Notes: a model not told the origin generated them from the letters alone. A stretch of 58,196 nt of DNA from Limisphaerales bacterium (GCA_044225505.1 JBGAIN010000034.1:1-58196); one strand, 5' to 3'; positions 11,208-22,020 are shown, counted from the first letter of the stretch. Numbers and translations are program-made.

Positions 11208-11660
11208 GTGATGAATAGCCCTCTGGTCGTGCTTTTGATCGAGGACAGCGAGGATGATGTGTTCTTCTTTCGGAGGGCGCTGAAGAAAGCGTGTCCGGAT
11301 TGCCAATTCACGCATGTCCCGGACGGAAGCGCCGCGGTGCAGACCCTGGATCAAGCTGCTACAGGAGGATGCGTGATGCCGGACTTAATCTACTTGGACT
11401 TGAAGATGCCCGTCATGAATGGTTTCGAAGTCCTGGATTGGATTCGTCTCCAACCGTTTGCCGCCTCACTGCGATTGACGGTGTTAAGCGGCTCGGATCA
11501 AGAGAAAGATCGCCATCGCGCTAAGAGCCTGGGAGCGTCCCGATATCTGGTCAAACCCGTGACCCCACAAGACCTCCAGGATGATTTAGTGCGGCTCCGT
11601 GACACGCTCCCCGGCCGCGGTGACCGCCCGGCGAACGGCAAGGAGCGCGATCACGCTTGA
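11208..11660 (+). CDS. Single-domain response regulator (Rcp-like receiver)
   Basis: LLIEDSEDD, phosphoacceptor in YLDLKMPVMNGFEVL, LSGS, YLVKP. Confidence 0.9.
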   Translation: MMNSPLVVLLIEDSEDDVFFFRRALKKACPDCQFTHVPDGSAAVQTLDQAATGGCVMPDLIYLDLKMPVMNGFEVLDWIRLQPFAASLRLTVLSGSDQEKDRHRAKSLGASRYLVKPVTPQDLQDDLVRLRDTLPGRGDRPANGKERDHA

Positions 11661-13711
11661 ACTCGGAATTCACGCCGGAATTGCAGTCGGATCTACTCGA
11701 TGATTTTTACGCCGAGTGCGACGACCACTTGAAGCAAATACGGGAATTTCTCGTGCAACTCGATGCCTCGGTCGGCAAGGCGCAATGCGACGCACAGTTG
11801 CTGGATAGCTTGTTTCGCCACTTTCATTCGTTCAAAGGCATCTCCGCGATCGTCGGTTTAACGGCCGCCGAACAGCTGGCACACGCAGCGGAAGAACTTC
11901 TCCGCGAACTCAGCAAAGGCGCCATGAGCCTGAGCGCGCAAGCCTTGGAAGCACTCATGACCGCGTCCCAACGCCTTGAGCAACTGGTCGTTGCTTTCCG
12001 GCGCCAGGTAGAACTCCCGGATCATCAATCATTGCAGGACGAACTATTGCGGTTGTCCGCGCGTAACACCGCCGCTCCTGGATTAGCGCCGCCGCGTCCC
12101 CAGTCCGGGGCCAGGGTAGCGCCTCTAAGCAACGCTTGTGAAGAGGCGCGAGCTCAAGGCCGTGTGCTCTGGAAATGCGTCTATATCCCCTGCCCGGCGT
12201 TGGATGCACGAGGTATCAATGTCAATACGACCCGTCAGCGTTTGGCGAGCACCGGGGAGATCCTTTCCTCCAAGCCCCTCATTCGAGCTGGCGGCGAAAT
12301 AGAATTTGAATTTGTCGTGGCCATGCGCGAAACGCCTTCGGATATCGCGCAATGGGAGTCGGAAGGAATCGTCTCGCAGTTACTGGACCAGGAACCCACC
12401 TCATTGCCGAGTAGCGACTCCCAACCAGCCGCGGGCGCTCTCAACCAAACCGACGCTTCCCAGAGCCCTTTTGTCGCCCCCTCCCACATCGTCCGAGTCG
12501 ATCTCAACCGCTTGGATGATCTGATGCGAATTACGGGCGAACTCGTCATTGCACGATCAAAGTTCGACGAGCAAATCAATACCGCCGTCAGGAGTTCCGG
12601 ATCTCTGGAAATTCGAAGTGCCCAGGAAATCAATTCGGCCTTAGGCCGTTCCCTTCGCGAACTCCGCCAGGCGATCATGCGAGTCCGCCTTGTTCCCATT
12701 GCAGAAATCTTTGCGCGCATGCCTTTCGTCGTGCGAGATCTCGCCCGAGACTCGGACAAGAAAGTTCGCCTTAACTTGTCGGGACAACAGACGGAAATCG
12801 ACAAATACGTGGTCGAACGCCTGAAAGATCCGCTCTTGCATCTCGTGCGCAACGCTTTCAGCCACGGCGTGGAAACGCCCGCGGAACGGTCTGCAGTTGG
12901 CAAACTGCCGGAGGGTACCATTGCATTGCGCGCCACAAGCCTTGGCGATTCGGTACTTATCCAGGTGCAAGATGACGGTCGAGGTGTCGACGCGGAATCA
13001 GTGGGCCGCCGCGCCCGGTCTCTCGGCTTGAAGCTGCCTGCGGTTTTGGATAATGCCGGACTACTTGAAGTCTTGTGCTCGGCCGGGTTCTCCACCAAGG
13101 AAGAAGTGGACCGAGCGTCCGGCCGCGGCGTTGGCATGGCAGTGGCCCTCAACACGGTTCGAGAACTGGGCGGCAGCATGTCGCTTGAGACCGAACTCGG
13201 ACGCGGCACGCGATTCACCCTGCGCTTGCCTCTCACGGTCGCCATCGCGGAAACGTTGATCGTTTCGGCCGCCGGTCAGACTTGCGCGATCGCCCAAAGC
13301 TTTGTATCCGAGGTGCTGCAGATCAATACGGCAGAGCTGCGCATGATCAATCAGGTCGAAGTGATCCCCTACCGCGGGGGCGTGCTTCCAGTGATTCGAC
13401 TTGCCTCACTGTTTCGTTTTCAACCGGCGGATCGCCCCAAAAGTTTCCTGCTCGTGCTCAGTTCCGAGCGAGGCCAGACCGGCTTGCTCGTGGATCAACT
13501 GCATGGACAAAAGGAGGTCGTCGTCCGCGCGCTTCGGGACCCACTCATTCAAGTGGACGGGATCACAGGCGCCACGGAACTGGGAGACGGCCGTCCGGTA
13601 CTTATCTTGGATGGGGCCATGTTAACGGCAGGAGCAGCCATGCCACACACCGCCAGGCACACGACCAACGGTCTGGCCCCGTCAGCAACCTGGAACGACG
13701 CCCTTGTATGA
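11657..13711 (+). CDS. cheA: Chemotaxis-type histidine kinase CheA
   Basis: HPt FRHFHSFKG, dimerisation VRVDLNRLDDLM, HATPase HLVRNAFSHG/DDGRG/GFST/SGRGVGM, C-terminal CheW domain. TTG start overlaps the RR stop. Confidence 0.95.
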   Translation: MNSEFTPELQSDLLDDFYAECDDHLKQIREFLVQLDASVGKAQCDAQLLDSLFRHFHSFKGISAIVGLTAAEQLAHAAEELLRELSKGAMSLSAQALEALMTASQRLEQLVVAFRRQVELPDHQSLQDELLRLSARNTAAPGLAPPRPQSGARVAPLSNACEEARAQGRVLWKCVYIPCPALDARGINVNTTRQRLASTGEILSSKPLIRAGGEIEFEFVVAMRETPSDIAQWESEGIVSQLLDQEPTSLPSSDSQPAAGALNQTDASQSPFVAPSHIVRVDLNRLDDLMRITGELVIARSKFDEQINTAVRSSGSLEIRSAQEINSALGRSLRELRQAIMRVRLVPIAEIFARMPFVVRDLARDSDKKVRLNLSGQQTEIDKYVVERLKDPLLHLVRNAFSHGVETPAERSAVGKLPEGTIALRATSLGDSVLIQVQDDGRGVDAESVGRRARSLGLKLPAVLDNAGLLEVLCSAGFSTKEEVDRASGRGVGMAVALNTVRELGGSMSLETELGRGTRFTLRLPLTVAIAETLIVSAAGQTCAIAQSFVSEVLQINTAELRMINQVEVIPYRGGVLPVIRLASLFRFQPADRPKSFLLVLSSERGQTGLLVDQLHGQKEVVVRALRDPLIQVDGITGATELGDGRPVLILDGAMLTAGAAMPHTARHTTNGLAPSATWNDALV

Positions 13712-14211
13712 CCGCTCAACTAGATAGTTACATCATCTTCCAATTGGCTGGGAACAACTACGGAGTGCTCAGTTCAGAAGTGCGCCACGTCGAAATGCTC
13801 GAACACATCACGCCGTTGCCCAATGCCACCGCCTCGATTGAAGGAGTGGTCTTCTCGCGCGGTCGCGTCATCCCTGCCATGGATTTGCGACGCCGGTTCG
13901 GGTTACCAGCCGAACCTCGCACCGTCCGTACCCGCTTGCTCTTCATCGAAGTGCGCGGCCGCCTGGTGGCGCTCATCGTCGATTCCGCTCGCGAATTCAC
14001 CCGCATTCCAACGGAAGCTATGCGACCGATCCAAGAAACGTTGGTCGGTGTGGCCGCAAACTATGTTAAGGCCGTTGCGCAGTTGGGCGATCGACTGGTT
14101 CTGATTTTAGATCCGCCTGCGGTGCTTGCGACGGAATCGATCCCAAACCTGGGCCCAGGTTCCTTCCCAGCCACGTCACTCCCGGCCACGCTTTCCCCCG
14201 CATTAGCCTGA
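13708..14211 (+). CDS. cheW: CheW coupling protein
   Basis: From ATG 13708: [42 protein letters not shown]. Confidence 0.92.
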   Translation: MTAQLDSYIIFQLAGNNYGVLSSEVRHVEMLEHITPLPNATASIEGVVFSRGRVIPAMDLRRRFGLPAEPRTVRTRLLFIEVRGRLVALIVDSAREFTRIPTEAMRPIQETLVGVAANYVKAVAQLGDRLVLILDPPAVLATESIPNLGPGSFPATSLPATLSPALA

Positions 14212-14234
14212 CGTTAAGTTTAACACTCGATCCC

Positions 14235-16304
14235 GTGCCGCCTATGTCCAGAATGAACACCTCTAAGCCCAAACGAAAAGCGACGACACCTCGAGCGAAA
14301 TCCAAAACTCGTTCCCTGCGCCTCCGCACGGCCCCAATCGCCGCCCTGCAAGGGGTACTCGTCGAAGCGAACACGCGCACCGGGGACCTAGCCCGATCCT
14401 TGGAAGATGCCGCTGGGCAGGCCGATGGAATAGCTCTCGCCGCCGAGCGTATCTCAAGTTCGAGCAAGGAAATGGCTGCCTCGATCGAGCACGTCACTTC
14501 CCACACAACGCAGGTGGCTGCTGCCGCAGCCCAAACGTCGGCCGCGGTCAAGCAGATGACAGCGTCTATACAGAAAGTCACTGGGGATGCTCACGAGATG
14601 GCGGTTTCGTCGGAGGAAATGAGCACGGCCATGGCCGAAGTCGCGGCTTCCATACGAAGGGTGAGCAAGGACGGGGAGGAGCTGTCCAATTCCCTCAATC
14701 AGTCGGCCGCGTCGATCGAGCAAATGACGCGGTCCATCCAAGGAGTTTCAAAAAATGCGGACGATCTCACCGGGGCGGCCGAACAAACCTCCTCGTCCAT
14801 CAATGAGATGGCAGCGTCAATCGAAGAGGTTGGCGGCATGACGGACAGCTTGGCGACCGCAGTCGAGGAAACTGCCAATTCCATCGAGGAAATGGCACGA
14901 TCCATCCAGGGTGTCGCTCAGAACAGCGACAACATCACCAGTGCCGCAAATGGCGCGGCGACCAGTGTCGACCAGATGGACCGGGTCAGTCGTTCTGTGA
15001 ACCACCTGGTAAAACAAACGGAAGAGATCACATCGCGCGTGGCAAAGCAGGCCGTCGACGGAGGGCAGATCATCGAAAAATCGATCCAAGGGATAGCTCG
15101 GGTGTCTGTGGCAATGAATCAGTCCACCCAGGTGATGCGCGAGCTCAACAAACGGAATCGAGATATTTCCGGGATCGTCAACACGATCAACATCATCGCG
15201 GAACGGACCAACTTGCTCTCCTTAAATGCCTCGATTGAGGCCGCTCGTGCGGGCGAAGCAGGCCGGGGATTCGCAGTGGTAGCGGAGGAGATTCGGAATC
15301 TAGCCGATCGATGCGCCAAGGCGACCGCGGACATCACGGAAATTGTCCGGAGTTTGGAAGACGTCACCCGAGAGGCGACCGACTCGGCGAACGAAGGCGC
15401 CAAAATCGCCGAGGAGAGCAATCGACAGTCGGAATCGGGACTTCAGGGCTTGCGAACGATTCTAACGGGGATTTCCGAAACGAGTGGTCTGGTGACACAA
15501 ATCAGCCGCGCTACGGAAGAACAAATCACCGCCGTTAAGACGGTGAATGACGCAACGACGACGACCGTCACTCAAGCACGCCAGATTGCGACTGGGGCCG
15601 CGGAACAGGCCAAAGGAGCCGCACAAATCGTCCAGGCGACCAATCACATGCGCAAAGCTGCCAAAGAGGTCTCTCAAGCGATGGGAGAACAGAGCCGCGC
15701 GGCGCGCGACGTGATCAAAGCCGCCCAGGTCACAACCAATATCGCCGGACAGCTTCGGACCGCTGTCCAAGAACAGTCTGGCGCCGCTAAAGACATCGTC
15801 TCCGCGGTCGGTTCCATGCGACAAGCAGCCGCGTCGACGGTTCGCGCGCTGACTGAGCAGTTGACTGCCGCGGACCAGATTTCGCGCGAAGTAGCCCGAC
15901 TTTCATCCCAAATCAACCGTGTCAGTGCTGCCATGGCCGAACAAGCGAAGAACGCGGAGTCGATCGCTGGCGGGACTGACCGTTTCTCTCAGCAGGTCAA
16001 CCAGTCCTCCCGCTCTATGGAAGAACAGTCTTCGGCCTTGCTGCGGGTTCGCAATAGCGCTGAGGATTTAGCCCTCCAAGCGCAATCGATCGCAGCGGCC
16101 AATCAGCGACATTTGCTCGCGGCGCGGACATTAACCCAAGCCCTGCAATCGGCGGAGGAAAACCCCAATCGCCATACCGCACACGGGTTCCAAAACGGAA
16201 GCAGCCACCGGACAAAATCGATGCGCCCACAACGAGCGGCGTCAAAAGCGAATAACCATGAACGACGACCACTGACGCCTTCTCGCGGTCGAAGCCGAGG
16301 TTAA
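14235..16304 (+). CDS. Cytoplasmic methyl-accepting chemotaxis protein with no TM or sensor domain
   Basis: Hairpin tip [37 protein letters not shown]. Long heptad repeats on both sides; no hydrophobic segment. Start may be 14235, 14244 or 14253. Confidence 0.93.
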   Translation: MPPMSRMNTSKPKRKATTPRAKSKTRSLRLRTAPIAALQGVLVEANTRTGDLARSLEDAAGQADGIALAAERISSSSKEMAASIEHVTSHTTQVAAAAAQTSAAVKQMTASIQKVTGDAHEMAVSSEEMSTAMAEVAASIRRVSKDGEELSNSLNQSAASIEQMTRSIQGVSKNADDLTGAAEQTSSSINEMAASIEEVGGMTDSLATAVEETANSIEEMARSIQGVAQNSDNITSAANGAATSVDQMDRVSRSVNHLVKQTEEITSRVAKQAVDGGQIIEKSIQGIARVSVAMNQSTQVMRELNKRNRDISGIVNTINIIAERTNLLSLNASIEAARAGEAGRGFAVVAEEIRNLADRCAKATADITEIVRSLEDVTREATDSANEGAKIAEESNRQSESGLQGLRTILTGISETSGLVTQISRATEEQITAVKTVNDATTTTVTQARQIATGAAEQAKGAAQIVQATNHMRKAAKEVSQAMGEQSRAARDVIKAAQVTTNIAGQLRTAVQEQSGAAKDIVSAVGSMRQAAASTVRALTEQLTAADQISREVARLSSQINRVSAAMAEQAKNAESIAGGTDRFSQQVNQSSRSMEEQSSALLRVRNSAEDLALQAQSIAAANQRHLLAARTLTQALQSAEENPNRHTAHGFQNGSSHRTKSMRPQRAASKANNHERRPLTPSRGRSRG

Positions 16305-16329
16305 AACCTTCCATTGGGGATAATTCCGT

Positions 16330-17175
16330 TTGGACATTTCGACGGACATAAAGTTGGGCACGCTGCGGACGCCTCCCGGGGTGGCATCTCTGCTTTCCTC
16401 GCTGATTCACGATCGGACGGGGCTCGACTTTGAGGCCGACCGGGCAGATCTCTTGCTTGAGAAACTGTCACCTCTGGTCCACGCACGCGGTTGCTCTTCC
16501 TATTTGGATTATTATTACCTGCTTAAGTACGAAGAAAATGGGATGGAAGATTGGGAAAACCTGATGGACGCCCTGTCCGTCCCAGAGACCTATTTTTGGC
16601 GTGAACATGCTCAAATCACCGCGTTTGCCAACACTGTCGTGCGGCAATGGTTTGCCCGAACGACAGCCCCCTTGCGGGTCTGGAGCGCTGCCTGCGCTAC
16701 TGGAGAAGAGCCCTTTTCACTGATGATCGCACTTGCCGAAGCCGGTTGGGCCGATCACCCAATCGAAGTTGTCGCTAGCGATGGTAGCCATTCGGCATTG
16801 GCCGCGGCTCGCCAGGGCGTCTTTCGCGAGAAATCGTTCCGAAACTTTCCAAACCGATTGCGAGAAAAGTACTTTTCCCCGGACGGTGAGGTCTGGCGAA
16901 TCCGTCGTCAAATTGCGGATCGAGTGCAGTTTCGCATGGCCAACCTCCTGGCCCCCGCTGAACTCGCCGGATTGGCCGATGCTCCGGTGATTTTTTGTCG
17001 GAATGTGTTTATCTATTTCTCAGCGCATGCCATCCGCCAAACGCTGGCATTGTTTGCCTCGCTCATGCCCGTCAACGGTCATTTATTTGTCGGTGCTGCC
17101 GAATCTCTGCTCCGGCTGACGGTGGATTTCGAACTTCGACAGATCGACGGTGCGTTTGTCTATGTCAAAGTTTGA
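16330..17175 (+). CDS. cheR: Chemoreceptor methyltransferase CheR
   Basis: ETYFWRE, RVWSAACATGEEPFS, IFCRNVFIYF, LFVGAAESL. Confidence 0.94.
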   Translation: MDISTDIKLGTLRTPPGVASLLSSLIHDRTGLDFEADRADLLLEKLSPLVHARGCSSYLDYYYLLKYEENGMEDWENLMDALSVPETYFWREHAQITAFANTVVRQWFARTTAPLRVWSAACATGEEPFSLMIALAEAGWADHPIEVVASDGSHSALAAARQGVFREKSFRNFPNRLREKYFSPDGEVWRIRRQIADRVQFRMANLLAPAELAGLADAPVIFCRNVFIYFSAHAIRQTLALFASLMPVNGHLFVGAAESLLRLTVDFELRQIDGAFVYVKV

Positions 17176-18214
17176 CCGAACCACGTCCATTATTCGAACT
17201 GTCGTCGTCGATGATTCCGCGTTTGCGCGTAAGGTGGTGCGCGAAATCCTGTCCCGAAGTCCGTTTATCGAAGTGGTGGGTGCTGCCCAGGACGGAGCAG
17301 ATGCGTTAGACGTGGTGGCGGAGCTTAAACCGGACGTGGTGACGTGTGACCTGGTGATGCCCCGTATGGACGGTGTTGAATTTGTTCGCCGTCAAATGGC
17401 GCTGTGTCCCTTGCCGATCCTCATTCTCTCGGCTTCGTCTCAAGAAGGCAGCCAGGTGATCGAAGCGCTGGAAGCTGGAGCCGTTGACTTTTTGCAGAAG
17501 CCCACCTCACTCGCGACCGACCGCCTTTGGAATCTGCGCGAGGACCTCGCAGAGAAAGTGAAAGCGGCTGCGCGCGTTGAACTTGAAAAACTACCTTCGC
17601 TCGCAATTGCTCCTCCGCCCGTTTGCGCTGGCGCTTCGGCTCCGAACGTTGACATCGTCGTTATCGGGGTTTCCACAGGAGGCCCCCAGGCTCTAAGATA
17701 CCTCTTGCCAAGGCTTTCAGCTGATTTTCCTGTCCCTATCGCGATCGTCTTGCATATGCCGGTCGGTTATACCGCATCCTTGGCCGAAAAACTGAATGCA
17801 CTGGCGCCGCTGAAGATCACCGAGGCTGAAGAAGGATCCCCGTTGCTTCCGGGCACGGTCATCCTCGCTCGCGCCGGCTGGCATCTGACGCTCCAACGCA
17901 ATCCCGCCGGCCAAGTGCAGGTCCACTTGGATAAGCAACCGCTCGATAAATTGCACCGTCCCGCGGTCGATGTCCTTTTCCAATCCGCCGCCGACATTTA
18001 TGATGGAAGAGTTTTGGGAGTGGTCTTGACCGGCATGGGAGATGACGGAAAACACGGAGCCGCCTGGATCAAAGCCAAAGGCGGCGTCGTTCTTACGGAA
18101 GCGGAGGAAAGCTGCGTGATTTATGGGATGCCGCGCGTTGTGGTCGAAAGCGGGTTGAGCGATGGTTGCTTCCGACTCGAAAACATGGCAGAAGGAATCC
18201 TTCAACACTTATGA
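17162..18214 (+). CDS. cheB: Receiver-methylesterase CheB
   Basis: Receiver VVDDSAF..DLVMP; catalytic GVSTGGPQAL, HMP, LTGMGDDG; GMP. Confidence 0.95.
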   Translation: MSKFDRTTSIIRTVVVDDSAFARKVVREILSRSPFIEVVGAAQDGADALDVVAELKPDVVTCDLVMPRMDGVEFVRRQMALCPLPILILSASSQEGSQVIEALEAGAVDFLQKPTSLATDRLWNLREDLAEKVKAAARVELEKLPSLAIAPPPVCAGASAPNVDIVVIGVSTGGPQALRYLLPRLSADFPVPIAIVLHMPVGYTASLAEKLNALAPLKITEAEEGSPLLPGTVILARAGWHLTLQRNPAGQVQVHLDKQPLDKLHRPAVDVLFQSAADIYDGRVLGVVLTGMGDDGKHGAAWIKAKGGVVLTEAEESCVIYGMPRVVVESGLSDGCFRLENMAEGILQHL

Positions 18215-18588
18215 GTGCCAAAATTCTGGTCGTCGACGATTCGGGGTTGGCTCGGCGCACGATGCGTCAGGCGCTAGAGCAACTCGGCTATGTCGTCGAG
18301 GAGGCAAAGGATGGCGTTGAGGCACTCGAGAGTTACGCGCTTCACCGGCATGACGCTGTGTTGCTCGACATGGTGATGCATGGAATGGATGGGTTGGAAG
18401 TGCTCACGCGCCTGCGAGAACTCAACCCCAACGTGCCTGTCGTCGTAGCGACGGCGGACATTCAACAGTCCACGCGCGAGCAGGTCCGAGCAGCGGGGGC
18501 CGCTGCGATCCTAAACAAACCCGTACGGCGAGAGGAGCTTACAAGAGTCCTGACCACCGTGCTGGGAGGAGGGATCGCATGGAACTAA
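18211..18588 (+). CDS. cheY: CheY-like response regulator
   Basis: ILVVDDS, LLDMVM, TAD, NKP. ATG overlaps the cheB stop. Confidence 0.85.
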   Translation: MSAKILVVDDSGLARRTMRQALEQLGYVVEEAKDGVEALESYALHRHDAVLLDMVMHGMDGLEVLTRLRELNPNVPVVVATADIQQSTREQVRAAGAAAILNKPVRREELTRVLTTVLGGGIAWN

Positions 18589-19196
18589 CTCCAGGTCAAA
18601 CGGATGCCCTGACGGAACTGATCAACATTGGCTACGCCCGGGCTGCGTCCGCGTTGTCGGACCTAACCGGGCACCGCATCAATCTGGAAGTCCCTCAAGT
18701 CGCGATTCATTTGATTTCCGAGATCGCACCCTTGCTGCAGGCTGTCATACGAGGAGAAGTCGCGAGCGTTAACCAAATCTTCGGCGGCCCGATCGCAGGC
18801 AATGCTCTCCTGCTTTTGGACAAACCCGCCGCCTTGCTCCTGAACCGTTTGCTCACGGATCGCCCGGGAGCGGATGACCTCGACTCGGCAGGCCGAGAGG
18901 TTATTACCGAAGTCGGGAATATCGTTTTGAACGCTTGTTTAGGTGTGTTTGGAAACTTACTTCAGGTTCAAGTCAAGTTCACGGTTCCGCTTTTGCAGAT
19001 CGAATCGGTGCCGGAGGTTCTCCGGTCAATCACAGTCCAAGATCAGGAACTGCGTTTTGCCCTCATGATCCACACTCGTTTTCACCTGCGAGCCAGTGAT
19101 GTGAGCGGCTACCTGGTGATCATCCTCGGCGTCACTTCTCTAGAACGATTGCTCGTTGAACTGCGCCGCTGGGAAGAAAGGCAACTCGCGGGCTAG
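18579..19196 (+). CDS. cheC: CheC-family phosphatase
   Basis: Two ExxN motifs: DALTELINIGYARAASALS and EVITEVGNIVLNAC. Confidence 0.88.
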   Translation: MELTPGQTDALTELINIGYARAASALSDLTGHRINLEVPQVAIHLISEIAPLLQAVIRGEVASVNQIFGGPIAGNALLLLDKPAALLLNRLLTDRPGADDLDSAGREVITEVGNIVLNACLGVFGNLLQVQVKFTVPLLQIESVPEVLRSITVQDQELRFALMIHTRFHLRASDVSGYLVIILGVTSLERLLVELRRWEERQLAG

Positions 19197-19198
19197 GA

Positions 19199-21001
19199 TT
19201 GGATCAAACGCGCATGCCAAGTCGTCCCCCATCGGAATCGAACTTGTCCCACACCGCCGTCGTGGCTTGGATGCACGACTTTGCGCCTTATGGCGTGATC
19301 ACGACCGACCGCAGTTTTACTATCCAAAGCTGGAATCGTTGGATGGAAATTCACAGCGGCCGAGTAGCCTCCAACGCGGTAGGACGGAACCTGTTCGACT
19401 TGTTCCCGGATCTTCCCGGTCGGGGACTGCGCGGCTATTTCGAGCGAGCCCTGCAAGGCGAAATCAGTGTGCTTTCGACAGCACTCCATAACTACCTGTT
19501 GCCACTTCCCTCCAGCGTCAACGATCGGGACTTCCCGTTCATGCGGCAGTCCGGACGAGTCGCACCGCTCCGAACTGACAACGAAGTCAGCGGCACAATC
19601 ATCGTTGTCGAAGACGTGACGCAGCGTGAACTGCAAGCGTTGACACTGCGACGGCAGCACGATCGCGACCAAGTCCTCTCTTGGGCTCTGGGACAGTTGC
19701 TTAAATCTGGCGATTTCCGCCGGACGCTCCGCGAACTGTTCTACAAGATTGCGGAGCATGCCGATTTCGATACCTATTTTCTCTACTTGCTCACACCGGA
19801 CCAGAACACGTTGACCCTGCAGGCCTTGGGGGGAATCCCTCCCGAAGTAGAAGCAGAACTCCGGCTGTTACCGGCGGCATCAGCCTTGGGTAGCGCTCTC
19901 CATTGTTCGTCCTCTCCCCTGGTGTTGGAACATTTGGACGTTTCGGATCCTCCGGACGAACTCCTGCGAAAACGGTTGAATTTGTCAGTATGTGCGGTGC
20001 TCCCATTGGTGGCCGAAGAGAAACCCTTTGGAACACTCTGTTACGGCAGCTGCACGCGACCTGCTCTGGAGCAGGGTGAACTGGAGCTCCTTTCGACGAT
20101 TGCTCAGTATGTCGCCATCGCTGTTCACAAAGAGTCCATCGCCGCAGAGCTGAAATCCGCGCAAGCACAACTCAATCAGCACGCGCATCAGCTAGAAAAA
20201 CAGGTTTCCGAAAGGACCGCGCGCTTACAGGAGATCATTGCGGAAATGGAAGTCTTTTCCAATACGGTCGCCCACGATTTGAGGGCGCCAATTCGGGCGC
20301 TCAGTGGCTATTGCGAAGTGCTTCTGGAAGATTATGCCGCAGTCATTCCAGAAGAGCCACGGACCATTATCGGTCGGCTATCCGGAGCATGCCGGCGCCT
20401 CGACGCACTTACCCGAGACCTGCTCTTGTTCAATAAAGTCTCCACCCAGGAAATCCAGCTCAGCCCAACTTCGGTGGAGGATCTCGTTACAGAAGTGATC
20501 GGCTTCTTCCCGGACGGGCAACAAACGTTCGTGATCGTCTCGCGGCCTTTGCCCAATGTGCTCGCTCATCCGGCCTTACTGCGCCAGTGCTTCGCGAACT
20601 TGATTGATAACGCACTCAAGTTCGTAACCCCGGGAATCCAGCCAAGAGTGCGGATCAGCGCTCAGGAAGTCAGCACGCTCACCCCGCAGGAAATGCGTCC
20701 GCACTTCCCTCTTCATCCGTCCGGCCATGCGACCAACCCCGCCACAATGCCTGGCCATGATGCCAATCCGCGACCTTGGATCCAGATCTTCATCGACGAC
20801 AATGGCATCGGCGTAACCGCCGAGTCTGGCCGCCGCATTTTTGGGATTTTTGAGCGCGGAGCGAGTTCGACTGGTTATCAGGGTACGGGAATCGGCTTGG
20901 CGATCGTCGCCCGGGCCATGCAGCGCATGGGAGGTCATTGCGGAGTCGCAGAAGGAGCCGATGGCGGAAGCCGGTTCTGGCTGGCGCTAAAAGGGCAGTA
21001 A
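19199..21001 (+). CDS. Cytoplasmic PAS-GAF sensor histidine kinase
   Basis: PAS (WNRWME..GRNLFDLFP), GAF, HisKA VAHDLRAPIR, NLIDNALKF, DNGIG, GTGIGLAIV. Confidence 0.92.
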   Translation: MDQTRMPSRPPSESNLSHTAVVAWMHDFAPYGVITTDRSFTIQSWNRWMEIHSGRVASNAVGRNLFDLFPDLPGRGLRGYFERALQGEISVLSTALHNYLLPLPSSVNDRDFPFMRQSGRVAPLRTDNEVSGTIIVVEDVTQRELQALTLRRQHDRDQVLSWALGQLLKSGDFRRTLRELFYKIAEHADFDTYFLYLLTPDQNTLTLQALGGIPPEVEAELRLLPAASALGSALHCSSSPLVLEHLDVSDPPDELLRKRLNLSVCAVLPLVAEEKPFGTLCYGSCTRPALEQGELELLSTIAQYVAIAVHKESIAAELKSAQAQLNQHAHQLEKQVSERTARLQEIIAEMEVFSNTVAHDLRAPIRALSGYCEVLLEDYAAVIPEEPRTIIGRLSGACRRLDALTRDLLLFNKVSTQEIQLSPTSVEDLVTEVIGFFPDGQQTFVIVSRPLPNVLAHPALLRQCFANLIDNALKFVTPGIQPRVRISAQEVSTLTPQEMRPHFPLHPSGHATNPATMPGHDANPRPWIQIFIDDNGIGVTAESGRRIFGIFERGASSTGYQGTGIGLAIVARAMQRMGGHCGVAEGADGGSRFWLALKGQ

Positions 21002-21052
21002 AGCGGATCGCATTGACGGTCACGAACTCGAGGCTGCCTTGTCGGAATGCAC

Positions 21053-21970
21053 CTATTGTTCGACTCTGGCCAGATCCTGCAATGCTTTTGCTCCCGTCGT
21101 CACGGCCACTGTCGCAGGATGGTAGATGCGGCGCTCCGCGGTAATCGCGTAAAATCGGATGCGGCAACTTTCGGCATTCCCCAAAATTCGAAACCGGTAG
21201 CGTTTGACCGCCTCCCCCAACGCGACTGTCGGTAGCGCAATAAAACCTCTCCCTTCCGCCGCCATGACTTTCATCAACGCCAGGTCTTCACATTCCGCGA
21301 CGACGCGCGGCACGATCTGATGCTCGCGAAACCACATTTCCAAGGCTCGGCGCAAAACCGTATTGTCCGCAGGCAACAACGCTGGAGCTTGGTGCAGGGT
21401 CCGCGGGAAGTCCGTTCGAAGTCGCGCCGCCAGTTTTGCTTCCGCGCAAAAAGTTGCTCCGCTCTCGCCCAAGGGATGGCAAAAGGTCTTAAAATCTATG
21501 CTTGTCGAAGCCGGCTCATCAGCTAGGACGACGTCCAAGCGGTGGGCAGCGAGTTGGATCAGCAAATCGTCCAGCTTCCCCTCACGGCAAATCACATGCA
21601 CAGCCTGGGTTAATTGAAACACCGGCTTCAGGATTTCATTTGTCACCAGCTTCGGAAAAGAGTCTGCAATGCCAACGTAGAACCGTAACGTCTTCGTTCC
21701 AGGACGCTGCTTCACCGCGTTCACCAATTCCCCGCCCAGCGCGAAAATCTCTTCCGCATACCCGAAAACGAGCTGCCCAGCGTCCGTTAAGCGGTTATTG
21801 CGGCCCTCCCGACGGAACAGCTTTTCGCCAAGCGCCGCTTCCAACTCGCTGATCTGCTCAGAAATCGAGGGAGCCGACACATGCAATTTGGCGGCGCCGC
21901 GAGCGAGACTGCCCTCTTTCGCCACCGTCCAGAAATAACGCAGATGATGGTAGTTCAACCACTCAGTCAC
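21053..21970 (-). CDS. nhaR: NhaR-like LysR-family transcriptional regulator
   Basis: WLNYHHLRYFWTVAKEGS..A.KLHVSAPSISEQI, YAEEIFALG.EL, HRLDVVLAD, FYAITAERRIYHP, all typical of the NhaR subfamily. GTG start. Confidence 0.85.
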   Translation of the reverse strand: MTEWLNYHHLRYFWTVAKEGSLARGAAKLHVSAPSISEQISELEAALGEKLFRREGRNNRLTDAGQLVFGYAEEIFALGGELVNAVKQRPGTKTLRFYVGIADSFPKLVTNEILKPVFQLTQAVHVICREGKLDDLLIQLAAHRLDVVLADEPASTSIDFKTFCHPLGESGATFCAEAKLAARLRTDFPRTLHQAPALLPADNTVLRRALEMWFREHQIVPRVVAECEDLALMKVMAAEGRGFIALPTVALGEAVKRYRFRILGNAESCRIRFYAITAERRIYHPATVAVTTGAKALQDLARVEQ

Positions 21971-21983
21971 CGAACCAGTTTGC

Positions 21984-22020
21984 TTCGGCGAAACCTAAGA
22001 GTCTATTCGGAAAGGCATAT
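21984..22020. promoter_or_regulatory. Putative tandem LysR (T-N11-A) boxes in the divergent nhaR promoter
   Basis: TTCGGCGAAACCTAA (21984-21998) and TTCGGAAAGGCATAT (22006-22020), 22 bp apart, just upstream of the nhaR start. Confidence 0.45.

Noticed and set aside
13282..13707. Long N-terminal extension of CheW in the ORF track
   Set aside because: It overlaps cheA in another frame; ATG 13708 overlapping the cheA stop is the natural start. The same applies to extended starts at 21881, 24825, 45318 and 51320.
14700..14920. Nucleotide repeats inside the MCP as DGR-like template/variable repeats
   Set aside because: Explained by protein heptad repeats; differences are not adenine-specific and there is no reverse transcriptase.
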